Below the pieces are notes generated by a model. It was not told the DNA's origin. It worked only from the letters and a program-made list of their open reading frames with translations, and did not search any database. A stretch of 64,000 nt of DNA from Eledone cirrhosa. Its lineage: Eukaryota. The stretch is taken from assembly GCA_964016885.1 (NCBI GenBank), contig OZ024740.1:292206001-292270000 (forward strand), given 5' to 3'. Both the position numbers and the translations under genes were made by a program. The first letter of the stretch is position 1. Every line of letters begins with the position of its first letter. Below are positions 1 through 11,400 of the stretch, in pieces.

Positions 1-14
1 AAAGAATAATAATA

Positions 15-215
15 ATGATTTATAATTTAGGAATAAGGCCAGCAATTTCGGGGAAGAAAAAAGACGATTGTATCAACCCCAGTGCTTTACTGGTACTTTA
101 TTTCATCGACCTCAGATGGAGGGAAAACAAGGTAAACCTCAGCGGGCTTTGAACTCAGAAACGTAGAAAGTTGTTTCTTGTATGCCACAAAGCATTTTGT
201 CTCACGCTCTATCAA
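15..215 (-). mobile_element. tRNA-derived SINE, family A (central domain resembles Deu/Nin type)
   Basis: Minus strand has a B-box-like GAGTTCAAAGCC followed by the conserved GAGGT..ACC/TTT..CATC..GGTCGAT.AAATAAAGTACCAGT block seen in about 10 other copies in the window. Confidence 0.75.
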
Positions 216-500
216 TTAGGGTAAAGACCCTTTTAGGTCACAAATGATCATGGGATTTGCACCTAGAAAGTTCCCATTCAAAGCACAAACCCACGCCACC
301 GATGTTGTCAAAGGGAGAGACAATGACTGATTCAGCTTGGCACCAGTGACGTCACAACTCATTTCTACAGCTGAATAATCTGGAGCAACGTGAAATAAAG
401 TGTCTTGCTCAAGAACACAACGCAAAGCCTGGTCCGAAAATCGAACTCACAACCTCGCGATTGTAAGCCCGATGCTCTAACCACTAAGCCATGCACCTTT
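216..500 (-). mobile_element. tRNA-derived SINE, family B (CORE-like)
   Basis: Minus strand has A-box TGGCTTAGTGG, B-box GAGTTCGATT, then TGTGTTCTTGAGCAAGACACTTTA. Homologous to 1132-1452. Confidence 0.75.
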
Positions 501-544
501 ACTATTACTTAGTTAATTAGTACCGATTAATAGCAATGATAATA

Positions 545-1131
545 AGGGTTTCTGATATAGGCACACAGCCAACAATTTGAGAGGAGAGGAAAGTCGATTA
601 AATCGACCGCAGTGCATTACTGGTACTTTATTATATCGACCCCGTAAGGATGAAAGGCACAGCTAACCTTAGCGGGATTTGAAATCAGAACGTAAAGGAC
701 CGAAACCTCATGGTCTAACGATACTGGCAGTTCTTAAAAAAATGGTTTCTGATTTAGGCACAAGGACAACAATTTTGGGAGATTAGGAAATCGATTAAAT
801 CGACTTCAGTGCATTACTGGTACTTTATTTTATCGACCTCATAAGGATGAAAGGCAAAGCTAACCTCGACAGGATTCGAACTCAGAACGTAAATGGCTGT
901 AACTCTATGCTGCAAAGCATAGAGTCCGATTCTCTACCGATACTGCTAATCCTAAAAATAATGATTTCTACTATAGGCACAAGGACAGCAATTTCGGGAG
1001 AGGGGAAAGTCGATTAAATCGACCCCAGTACGTTACTGGTACTTTATTTTATCGACCCCGTAAGGATGAAAGGCAAAGTTAACCTCGGCAGGATTTAAAC
1101 TCAGAACGTAAATAGCCGTAACTCTATGCTG
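545..1131 (-). mobile_element. Three head-to-tail family A SINE copies
   Basis: ~200-bp unit (ggcacaagg...tactggtactttattttatcgacc...gaactcagaacgtaa) repeated at ~545, ~742 and ~960. Confidence 0.8.
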
Positions 1132-1452
1132 TAACGAATGACCGTGGTTTTGCACCTAGAAAGTTTCCTTCCGAGGCACAAGCCTGGGCAAGGTTTGTTT
1201 TGTGGAAGACCAGCAGTCGCCCATTCATACCAGTCTCCCCTCTCCATGCCACCGATGTTGCCCAAGGGAAAGGCAATGGCAGATGAAAATTGGCACCAGT
1301 GACGTCACAACTCATTTCTACAGCTGAGTAAACTGGAGCCATGTGAAATAAAGTGTCTTGCTCAAGGACACAACGCATCACCCGGTCCGAGAATCGAAGT
1401 CACAACCTCTCAATTGCAAGCCCAATGCTCTAACCTCTAAGCCATGTGCCTT
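1132..1452 (-). mobile_element. Family B (CORE-like) SINE
   Basis: Colinear homology with 216-500; A/B-box-like head at ~1390-1450. Confidence 0.75.
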
Positions 1453-1466
1453 CACATCGTCATATA

Positions 1467-1467
<1 letters not shown>

Positions 1468-1531
<64 letters not shown>

Positions 1532-2552
1532 CCAACAACAATAACAAAAACAATAACATTAACGATAGCATCATCATCATCATTATCACCCACAGCAACT
1601 ACAACAGCATCATCATCATCATCATCTCATCACTACCGTCATCATCATCATCATCATCATGATTAACAGCAACAACAACAACAACAGCAGCAGCAATCAC
1701 ATCATCATCATCATCATCATCATCAACAACAGCAGCAACAGCAGCAGCAATAATATCATCATCATCATCATCAACAACAACAACAACAGCAGCAGCAATA
1801 ATATCATCATCATCATCAACAACAGCAGCAACAGCAGCAGCAATAATATCATCATCATCATCATCAACAACAGCAACAGCAACAATAATATCATCATCAT
1901 CATCATCAACAACAGCAGCAACAGCAGCAGCAATATCATCATCATCAACAACAACAACAGCAGCAGCAATAATATCATCATCATCATCAACAACAACAAC
2001 AACAGCAACAGCAGCAGCAATATCATCATCATCAACAACAACAACAGCAGCAGCAATAATATCATCATCATCATCATCAACAACAACAACAACAGCAACA
2101 GCAGCAGCAATAATATCATGATCAACATCATCAACAGCAACAACAGCAACAACAATAGCATCATCATCATCATCATCAACAACAACAGCAACAGCAATAA
2201 TATCATCATCATCAACATCAACAACAACAGCAACAGCAACAGCAGCAGCAATAATATCATCATCATCATCATCAACATCAACAACAACAGCAACAGCAAC
2301 AGCAGCAGCAATAATATCATCATCATCATCATCATCATCAACAACAACAACAACAGCAACAGCAGCAGCAATAATATCATCATCATCATCATCAACATCA
2401 ACAACAACAGCAACAGCAACAGCAGCAGCAATAATATCATCATCATCATCATCAACATCAACAACAACAACAACAGCAACAGCAGCAGCAATAATATCAT
2501 CATCATCATCATCAACAACAACAACAGCAACAATAACAGCAGCAGCAATAAT
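1468..2552. repeat. Compound (ATC)n/(AAC)n/(AGC)n trinucleotide minisatellite
   Basis: Recurrent ~45-63 bp blocks AAT AAT (ATC)n (AAC)n AGC AAC (AGC)3. Confidence 0.95.
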
Positions 2553-2843
2553 GAGCTCCTCTCAAAATTGAAGGGAAGTAAAGAGGGCTGTATTGTTTTA
2601 TTTGGCGGCGCCAAGCATTCACGAATCATTCACGGATCCTTCCTTTGGTTACCGGGACTTCCACATGGAAGTACCCTAGCTGAACCTTCCTTCCTAGGCT
2701 AAGGAGGGGAGGGAGCAGGGGATGAAGTAAATATAGGAAGGTAGTGTAAAAGTTGTAGAGATTTTAAATAAACCACAGATTAGGTGTGACTTGAGTGAAA
2801 CGTGACCTTTTACTTTATTTAGGAGGGAAACTGTGCCTATATA

Positions 2844-3480
2844 TGTATGTATTCTGTATGTATGTATTCTGTATGTATGTATTCTGTATGTATGTATTCT
2901 GTATGTATGTATTCTGTATGTATGTATTCTGTATGTATGTTTTCTCTTTCTCTTAATTTCGAGTATATTTTTTTGACCGGCCACCTTCCTGGTGGCAAGG
3001 TTGTAAAAGAAAAGAAATTGTCATCCCTTGAATCGCAAGAATGTTTTGCAAATTTTGAAGGTGCCAGCTATCGCAGCCATTTGTAGACTATAAATTAGGG
3101 AGCTGCGCTTTTTGTCCGCAAATCCAATTTCAGTCATACTTTGGTCCAAGCGGGTTGGTATATAACCCGTAGCTCCAATAATGATGGGTATGAAGCTAAA
3201 GGTGTATCTTGGATACTGGATTTGTAAACTCCTCATCAATGGTCCGTAGATGTCCTCCTTCTCCTGTATTTTTCTGACAACGTTTACATCAAGTGGGCAG
3301 CTGATCTCCACAACAGAACACGTTTTCAATGTGTGGTCCCAAACAACAATATCAGGCCGGTTGTGCTTTAATTTGGTGGCAGTTTTTATTTTCAGGTTCC
3401 ACCAGTATTCCTTAGTGCCATCTGTCTCAATATATTCTTCCTCGTTTGTTGTTAATTTTGTTTTCCGAAGTGCGTTCCAG
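2844..3480 (-). mobile_element. 5'-truncated non-LTR retrotransposon with restriction-like endonuclease (R4/Dong-like)
   Basis: Open frame 3480-3021: WWN..IKT..KLKHNRPDIVVWD....C.VVEISCPLD.N...KIQEKEDIYGPL...IPIIIGATG (PD-(D/E)xK RLE C-terminus); short 3' UTR; 15-bp ATACATACAGAATAC-type tail repeats; 5' junction in (ATAC)n. Confidence 0.8.
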
Positions 3481-3551
3481 ATGTATGTATGTATGTATGT
3501 ATGTATGTATGTATGTATGTATGTATGTATGTATGTATGTATGTATGTATT

Positions 3552-4246
3552 ATGTCGGGTCACTCTTGAGTGCTACTGGTAACATGTAACCGAGTACAAC
3601 CTGTCGCATGGTCGGGTCGTCGGCGACTAAGCCGGCAACTCCATCAAGTTTACTTGGTGAGGAGAGTAATTTTGGACACCCTGCAGGACAAAAAGCAAAA
3701 CCTGACAAAGGGCGGAAAAACTCATAAGAGTTAACGGCCATCCGAAAGTGTGTTAATATGTAAATACACATGTACCGCGCAGTTAAACCACTGGGAGTGA
3801 AGGACCCCTAGCCTTTGTCAGGGCATTCTTCTAGGAGAAAGCAACTCAGGAAACTGGGATAACTCCGATATAAAACCTGCGGCTCAGTAGTTACCGATGA
3901 TGTTGATCTTTTCTTCTTTTCGAGTTATAGCTACTGTCGCTCAGAGAGTGGGATTGGCTCAGTGCACAGTTTTTCCTCACTTTAAAAAATATCTTCACAC
4001 ACTGGCATTGCACGATAGAATTAATTAATAATTATTAATAATGGTATATCGTGCAATGGCCATACTCGATAACGAGGGGACAGCCATCATCATGTATGTA
4101 TGTATGTATGTATGTATGTATGTATGTATGTATGTATGTATGTATGTATGTATGTATGTATGTATGTGTGCGTGTGTGTATGTATGTATGTATGTATGTA
4201 TGTATGTATGTATGTATGTATGTATGTATGTATGTGTGCGTGTGTG

Positions 4247-4279
<33 letters not shown>

Positions 4280-5314
4280 GTGTATGTTTATGTCAGGTCG
4301 CTCATCAGTGCTACTGGTAACATGTAACCCAGTACAACCTGTGTATCGTTGGGTCGTCGGCGACTAAACCGGCAACCCCACCAAGCTTGTTTGGCGAGGA
4401 GGAGAATTTTGGAAACCCTGCGGGATGAAAACCAAAACGCGTCAATGGGTGGAAGAACTCAGGAGCGTCAATGGTCATCCAAGAAAGTTTTTTTTTTATG
4501 AGCGAGATACTCCTAGTCTTCATTAAGACATGTCCCTACGAGGTCACTCTGATATAAAACCTGCGACTTCGTTTGTATTCAATATGCAGACCAATTCTTC
4601 TTTTTGGGCAAATGCATTTGATGTTCAGAGAGTGGGATTGACCCCGTGCAAAGCCTTTCCTCACTTAAAAAAGCTTCAAGCACAGGCATCGCTTGATATG
4701 TGACATTTGTTTTCGATGTATGGCATTGCTGGCCATGGGCAAGTCCCTAGCAGGCCTAAAAACCCACGTCCGTGATGCTCATGCTTAAGTATCAAGTGAT
4801 GGCATTATTTGAAATCGAATTGCAACCATCATCATGTATGTATGTATGTATGTATGTATGTATGTATGTATGTATGTATGTATGTATGTATATCAGGTCG
4901 TTCTCGGGTGCTACTGGTAACATGTAATCCAGTACAATATGTCTCTTGGTCGGGTTGTCGGTGACTAAACCGGCAACCCCACCAAGCTTGCTTGGTGAGG
5001 AGGGTGATATTTGGACACCCTGCGGGATGAAATACAAGACCTGACAAAGGGCGGAGGAACTCAGCAGATTTCTAGGAGAGGGAAACTCTGAAAAGAAAAA
5101 CCTCTCCATTTTGGGTAGTGTTTACGATGCTCAGAGAGTGGGATTAGTCGAGTGCAAGGCCTTTCCCCACTTAAAAATACCTTCAAAGCACAGACATTGC
5201 TTGTTCAGGTTATGTTACAGGTTTGTGCGACTGACCGTAGCCTAAAGTAAAAGTGCACCATTTTCTATTATCTGACAAGCGATTGCAATACTCTTAGTAA
5301 AGTTTGCAGCCATC
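3552..5314 (+). mobile_element. Three tandem ~430-550 bp non-autonomous elements separated by (ATGT)n
   Basis: Units at ~3552-4092, 4290-4834 and 4890-5314 start t[g/a]tc[a/g]ggtc..gtgctactggtaacatgtaa and end CA[G/A]CCATCAT before (ATGT)n. TCTAGGAGA..GAAACTCTG resembles RTE-LINE 5' UTRs. Orientation is inferred. Confidence 0.65.
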
Positions 5315-6043
5315 ATGTATGTATGTATGGATATATGTATGTATATATGTATGTATGTATGTATGTACGTGTATGTATGTACGTTTGGGTGTGTATGTAT
5401 GCACGTATGTATGTATGTATGCATGTATGTATGTATGTATGTATGTATGTATGTATGTATGTATGTATGTATGTATGTATGTATGTATGTATGTACGTAT
5501 ATATGTATGCATACATACTCTCTCTCATGACTACGCACGCACGCACACACACACTCTCTCTCTTTCATCACTTTTTTTACGAAAGTCTATTCATATTTCC
5601 CTCCTTCCGGGGTTACCATTTGCACAACTTGTCTGCACCAAATCTTATTCTGATTCAGGTCGAAATACATTCATTTGTTGCCCCGTTTTTATGTTGTTTT
5701 GTCTCATGCATCTTTCCGGTCACTTGTTCTGAGTCGCTATGCAACTTAAGCTCACCCCTATGGAATTCCACCCTTATGCACGAAATTGCATTGTCCAGGG
5801 TATGGCTGGAGAGGAAAATAGGTACGTTTGTTTGTTCCTCTCACGTGTTTCGTATTTTTCGTGTGCAATATATATAGAATTAGTATTTAGCTTAAGGCAT
5901 AGCTGTATACAGATATGTATAGAAATTTCGTATTTCTAAAGAAATACGGTTTGTTTAGAGGTAAACATTTAGAAAGCTGTAGCTATGCAAAAAACACCGG
6001 GGCTGACGCCATCTGGTGGTGTCCAGCAGAAGCAAGGGGGACA

Positions 6044-6087
6044 ATCGTCGATGCATTTCGGACTTAACTGGTCCTCATCAGGACGAT
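6044..6087 (-). ncRNA. Type I minimal hammerhead ribozyme
   Basis: Minus strand: ATCGTC-CTGATGA-GGAC(CAGTTAA)GTCC-GAAA-TGCA-TC-GACGAT. Perfect 6-bp stem I, 4-bp stem II, palindromic minimal stem III. Confidence 0.9.
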
Positions 6088-6190
6088 CCCTCCCACACTT
6101 GTGACTGTTGTTGAGAATATATAGTTTTCTCGTCTGTATAAATGAGGTGATTAATCTCATTTGCATATGAAGCTGCATAAGTTGGCTCAA

Positions 6191-6246
<56 letters not shown>

Positions 6247-6312
6247 GTTCGAACATATTGAAATGAACAGAACTGGATCGACTACTTAGATATTTATTAC
6301 GAAATTCAACTC

Positions 6313-6404
<92 letters not shown>

Positions 6405-6477
6405 TGTTGAAGTTTCCGTGGAAAAAGTAAAAGGAATGAAAAATGCTCTATGTAAGTAACAGAGCTAAATATTTAAT

Positions 6478-6600
6478 GTATAATAAACAACACAGTATAA
6501 TTACGTCATTACCCGAGGTTTCCCGAACAGGACGAACACAAGAGACGTCCGCATTCGTTCGTCAGATAATGAGGTAATTATACTGTGTTGTTTATTATAC
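6478..6600 (-). repeat. 34-bp inverted repeat enclosing a degenerate hammerhead (pLTR remnant)
   Basis: 6478-6511 and 6567-6600 are inverted with 1 mismatch; between them the minus strand has CTGACGA...GAAAC. Confidence 0.7.
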
Positions 6601-6631
6601 CTTAAATAATTATACATTATTATACATTAAA

Positions 6632-6695
<64 letters not shown>

Positions 6696-6696
6696 C

Positions 6697-6776
<80 letters not shown>

Positions 6777-7097
6777 ATACTTTGGGAGGGTCATGTTGCC
6801 AATAAGAAACACACGCACAATAGCAACATACCCAGATACAACAACAACAGACACGCAGACACAAACAACAATAACAACACACACAACAACGATAACACAC
6901 ACGGAGACAACAATATCAACAACACACACATCAACAACAACAACAATAGCAACATACCCAGATACAACAACAACAAACACGCAGACACAAACAACAATAA
7001 CAACACACACAACAACGATAACACACACACACACGGAGACAACAACAACACACATCAACAACAACACACATCAACAACAACAACACACACGCATTCA

Positions 7098-9860
7098 ATG
7101 CCTCTCACCACCACCACAATCTTAACAAACACACAGACACAGAAAACAAGTAATGACAGTAGCACAGAAATCAGAGAAATAAGAGAAAGTAATAGGATTA
7201 AAAGGAAAAGGAGATGGGAGACTAAGGACAAAGAGAATAACCAAGACGAATACACAGACACACAAAATAGGGTAGATAACAACATTGAGCCAGTGGAAAG
7301 AGACAGGAGTAATTATGAGAGACATAGAAACAACCATGAGGCTGTTGGTGGAAATGGAAATAGAAACAACATAACTAACAATAATAATAGCACTAGTACA
7401 CATAAAGCAGCAGCCTGGAACTCTCCGTTTTATAACCCCTCCGATAAATCATTCGACCTACGACGAGTCCACGCCACGACTTTGCCATTTAACAAACGCA
7501 CGCAGTTGCCGTCGCAGGTCGATGAACAAACAGAAGCACAATTTAGTATAGCTAAATCCGAACTTAGAAATATTATAGAACAGTATAGCAAGAAGCATAA
7601 TAGAATAGAGGCCCAGCAACTGGGAGAAGAATCTGCAAATGGCTTGCGTAAGCTCATGCAGCGCTCGCGTAATGGAGAGATAGCATGTTTTCCAGCAGAC
7701 AAGTCTGGCAGAATGTCGGTTGACAGCCTGCCAAACTACATCCAGGCAATGCAACCCCACATCACTAACACAAGAGAGGTAACACCACAGGAGCATGAGG
7801 ATAGAGAAAAAGCCCTCAATGCCCATATGGTGATGTGGACGAATATAATGCAGCCCAACAAAAGGACTGCCAACAACTTCCAGGCCTGGAACAATGACGT
7901 GCCGGCGTTGTATGGGCTTCGAAAAGACCATAAAACGGGCTGGGACCCTGTCGCGGGACCACCAACACGGCCAGTCTGTGGGGCTAACATTGCTAGTAAC
8001 TACAGACTGTCCTACTTCCTCTCCCTGATCATACGCCCCATCATTGAGATGTCCCCAGATGTGTGTGACAGCACGGAGGACCTCCTCAGCAGAATCGGCG
8101 CGGGTAACCGATCTGGGGACCTAACAAACTGCATAATAGGCAGTATGGATGTTGTGTCCCTGTATCCATCTATTGACGTGGATTTTGCTGTGGAGAAATG
8201 CGTAGAAATGATCAGCGAGAGCAAGGTTGAGTTCCATGGGATTGATACCAGTGAGCTGGGACTTCTACTTAAGCTTACCCATAGTAATAGTTACCTAGAC
8301 ACTTATGACCTTAGCAACCTGTGCCCTACAAGACCAGCAAGAGGCAGACCACCTACCATTACCTCTATGGCCAAGAAAACCCACACAGATAGATGGAACG
8401 GGTGGACCAGAGCCATACGGACACCTGAAAACCACGATGAACTGAAGAAAATGATTGCACATGCGGTAGGGGCCAGCATAAAATTAACCCTTAAGGAACA
8501 TATGTTCAAATTTAATGGTAAAACATATGCCCAAGAGGAAGGAGCAGCCATTGGTGTTAGCATTGCAGGCGACATAGCTAACTTATTCATGGTATGGTGG
8601 GACAGTAGACTTAAACAAAAACTTAATGAACAATTAGAAGACAGCTTAACCCTGATAATGTACTCCCGCTACGTAGATGATATAAACATCGTAGTTAAGA
8701 CACCCCCACTAAAGAACAGTCAGGAACTAGAGAAAAACACAATGGAAAGCATCCAGCAAATGGCAGACTCCATCCACCAGAGCATTAGAGTTACTATAGA
8801 CTACCCAGGTAGACACCCCAACCATCGATTACCTGTACTAGACACAGAGCTCTGGTTAGATACCATTAACAACCAAAAACAAATCCTCCATTCCCATTAT
8901 GCCAAACCCATGACTTCCAAACATCTGATCCACCGAAACTCGGCCATTTCGGACCATACCAAAATCAACATACTGATTGCGGATTTGGTACGGGTGATGA
9001 GAAATGTGTCCCACATGTGCAACCCCGAAGAACTAGAGAGACACATACAACACTTCATCCACCGTATGCAGTTCTCTGGCTACAATCAGAGAGATAGAAT
9101 CAGAGTGTATAAAGGAGCCAGAACCAAATGGGAAAAAATGGTAAATAATGACATAAATGGGACCTGCCCCTTGTATAGGAGCAAATTTTGGAATAGAATA
9201 GAAAGAACTAGGAACAAGGCCAATAGAATAAACTCATGGTATGATAGCAATAAATACCAGAGTGTAATGTTCATCAATACAACCCCTAGAGGCGAACTAG
9301 CCTACAAATTTAGAAGGGCCCTAAATAAACATAATCTCAATATTAAGATAGTAGAAAGACCTGGTACCTCCGTAAAAACACTTATTAGCAAGACATACCC
9401 GTTCCAAAGACCCTCATGTATAGATAAGAAATGTATAACCTGTAAAATAAGCCCCCATATTAACTGTAAAACTAGAAATGTAGTGTATAGCATAAGATGT
9501 ACTGAAGGACAATGTAGAAACAAAAATATAGTGTACATAGGTGAGACAGCTCGTAGTATAGGGGAACGAATAAATGAACACTGGCGAGACCTCCAAGATA
9601 ATAAAGAATCATCTGTGCTCTACCAACATGCTAAGATAGAACACAGGGGTAAATTAGAGAGGATAGAAATAAAAATAGAATCCACACACAGAAAAGACGC
9701 AATGTTTAGGCAAATTACAGAGGCAGTAAGCATAAAAGAATTAAAACCAAAATTAAATAGAAAATATGAGTGGAACAGCAACATCACAACTTACAATGAA
9801 GGACAAAATGAAAACACACACACACATAGAACAAACAACCAACCAACAATAAATAAATAA
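7098..9860 (+). CDS. PLE reverse transcriptase + C-terminal GIY-YIG endonuclease (920 aa, probably N-terminally truncated)
   Basis: Motifs [49 protein letters not shown]; Cys linker C..KKCITC......C; NVVYSIRC...[15 protein letters not shown]; ITEAVSI..LN. Confidence 0.92.
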   Translation: MPLTTTTILTNTQTQKTSNDSSTEIREIRESNRIKRKRRWETKDKENNQDEYTDTQNRVDNNIEPVERDRSNYERHRNNHEAVGGNGNRNNITNNNNSTSTHKAAAWNSPFYNPSDKSFDLRRVHATTLPFNKRTQLPSQVDEQTEAQFSIAKSELRNIIEQYSKKHNRIEAQQLGEESANGLRKLMQRSRNGEIACFPADKSGRMSVDSLPNYIQAMQPHITNTREVTPQEHEDREKALNAHMVMWTNIMQPNKRTANNFQAWNNDVPALYGLRKDHKTGWDPVAGPPTRPVCGANIASNYRLSYFLSLIIRPIIEMSPDVCDSTEDLLSRIGAGNRSGDLTNCIIGSMDVVSLYPSIDVDFAVEKCVEMISESKVEFHGIDTSELGLLLKLTHSNSYLDTYDLSNLCPTRPARGRPPTITSMAKKTHTDRWNGWTRAIRTPENHDELKKMIAHAVGASIKLTLKEHMFKFNGKTYAQEEGAAIGVSIAGDIANLFMVWWDSRLKQKLNEQLEDSLTLIMYSRYVDDINIVVKTPPLKNSQELEKNTMESIQQMADSIHQSIRVTIDYPGRHPNHRLPVLDTELWLDTINNQKQILHSHYAKPMTSKHLIHRNSAISDHTKINILIADLVRVMRNVSHMCNPEELERHIQHFIHRMQFSGYNQRDRIRVYKGARTKWEKMVNNDINGTCPLYRSKFWNRIERTRNKANRINSWYDSNKYQSVMFINTTPRGELAYKFRRALNKHNLNIKIVERPGTSVKTLISKTYPFQRPSCIDKKCITCKISPHINCKTRNVVYSIRCTEGQCRNKNIVYIGETARSIGERINEHWRDLQDNKESSVLYQHAKIEHRGKLERIEIKIESTHRKDAMFRQITEAVSIKELKPKLNRKYEWNSNITTYNEGQNENTHTHRTNNQPTINK

Positions 9861-10008
9861 ATAAATAAACAAATAGATAAATGAACACAAACACACACAG
9901 ACACCCGGATGTGGCGCATGCGCAAACTGAGCACACAACACACACACAGAAACAAAATGGCGTAGGATAGAAGAAAGGAAAGGCACAGAAACAAAGAAAG
10001 GAATCCCC

Positions 10009-10053
10009 AGTCACTGAAGAGGTCACAGAGTGTGTGACGAAAGGACTATGACT
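10009..10053 (+). ncRNA. Hammerhead ribozyme in PLE 3' pLTR
   Basis: AGTCA-CTGAAGA-G-GTCACA(GAGTG)TGTGAC-GAAA-GGAC-TA-TGACT. Confidence 0.8.
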
Positions 10054-10273
10054 ATATATAAACAACTATCTGGTTGTGGAACCAACCAACCAACCAGAAA
10101 TTTATAAGTTTGTAAATTTGTAAATTTATAAATTTATAAATATATAATAAATTGAAGTGAAAGCAACTGGTGCGTGTGTTTCTTATTGGCAACATGACCC
10201 TCCCAAAGTATAACAATATCGGTTTCAACACACGATTTCAGATAAAGAATCTTGCTAAACAAATTCAGAAACG

Positions 10274-10317
<44 letters not shown>

Positions 10318-10435
10318 AATAGGGACGAGGTGTCAAATTTTCATTCATTAAGTTTAAGTTTATTCAGGTGTGACGCGCGTTTTGCGATTGATCTGCTGAT
10401 CAGCTCAAGGTTCGATCTCTATCGATCGGGCTCGA

Positions 10436-10549
<114 letters not shown>

Positions 10550-11094
10550 AATTTTTAATGCTAAGTTTTTTGTTATGATATATGTTGTGGTGGATCCAAG
10601 GAATTATTCGTCAGTTATTTTAACTTTATGAAGACTATTGGTTACGATGCTGGTCTCCCGATCATAAGGACATGTGTTCGATTCGTGGATTGGGCTGTGC
10701 CTTGTGTTCTTGAGCAAAATACTTTATTCAACGCTGTTCCTTCTGCAATGAATTACGGCCTGCAAATAGCACCAGTAATAGATAAACCGGTGGAAGCTTT
10801 GTTTCCTCGGTCCGATCTGACTATCGGCTCACTACTTTTCCTTTTTGTAGATATACCTGCTATATTCTACAGGTTTTTACTGGAATCAGTGAAGGGGTTT
10901 ATGCAATTACTTAACCTACTAGAAATAGGAGTTAAATCTCTTTCGAATCACATTCCAGTGGTATAAAAGAGGAAGGAACCACAATACAAAAAGACGGGAT
11001 GATCTTCTTCATCAGGGCGAGAGAGTAAAAAATTATTTTCTGCTATTGTAACTGACTCTTTCTTCTTCACATCCTCACAATTTATGTAATTGTA

Positions 11095-11400
11095 TGTTTG
11101 GATCCGCATCTCCTAGTGGATTCATAGGAGCACCGTATTGACAGACGGCGTTTCTTGGGTATATTTTAATTGACAGAGCGCATCCATCTCCAGGACTGAA
11201 CACAGCCAATTTCTTCCAGAGAAGGAGAAAAAGTTATAGAGAAGAAGCGAACAAGAGGAGGTATAATCGACCCCCGTATGGACTGGTACTTTTGTTATCG
11301 ACCTCCAAAGGGTGAAAAGCAAAGTTGACCTCAGCGGGATTTGAACTCATACCACAGAGCATTCTAACCGACGTTCTAACGGCTCAGCCAATTCACCATT
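11095..11400 (-). mobile_element. Family A SINE variant with extended 3' segment
   Basis: SINE head at 11270-11400; 11095-11270 is homologous to 32820-33020 and, inverted, to ~49505-49695. Confidence 0.6.

Larger units (their letters stand above)
6771..10276 (+). mobile_element. Penelope-like retroelement with inverted 5' pLTR fragment, inserted in (TA)n
   Basis: 6771-6818 is the exact reverse complement of 10170-10217; RT+GIY-YIG ORF; HHR in 3' pLTR; ~58-nt 3' tail; (TA)n on both sides. Confidence 0.93.

Noticed and set aside
1358-2702. Long poly-I/N/S, poly-L and poly-D ORFs as genes
   Set aside because: Products of triplet repeats with no domain or splice evidence. The same applies to all YI-, CV-, HT- and MYVC-repeat ORFs in the track.
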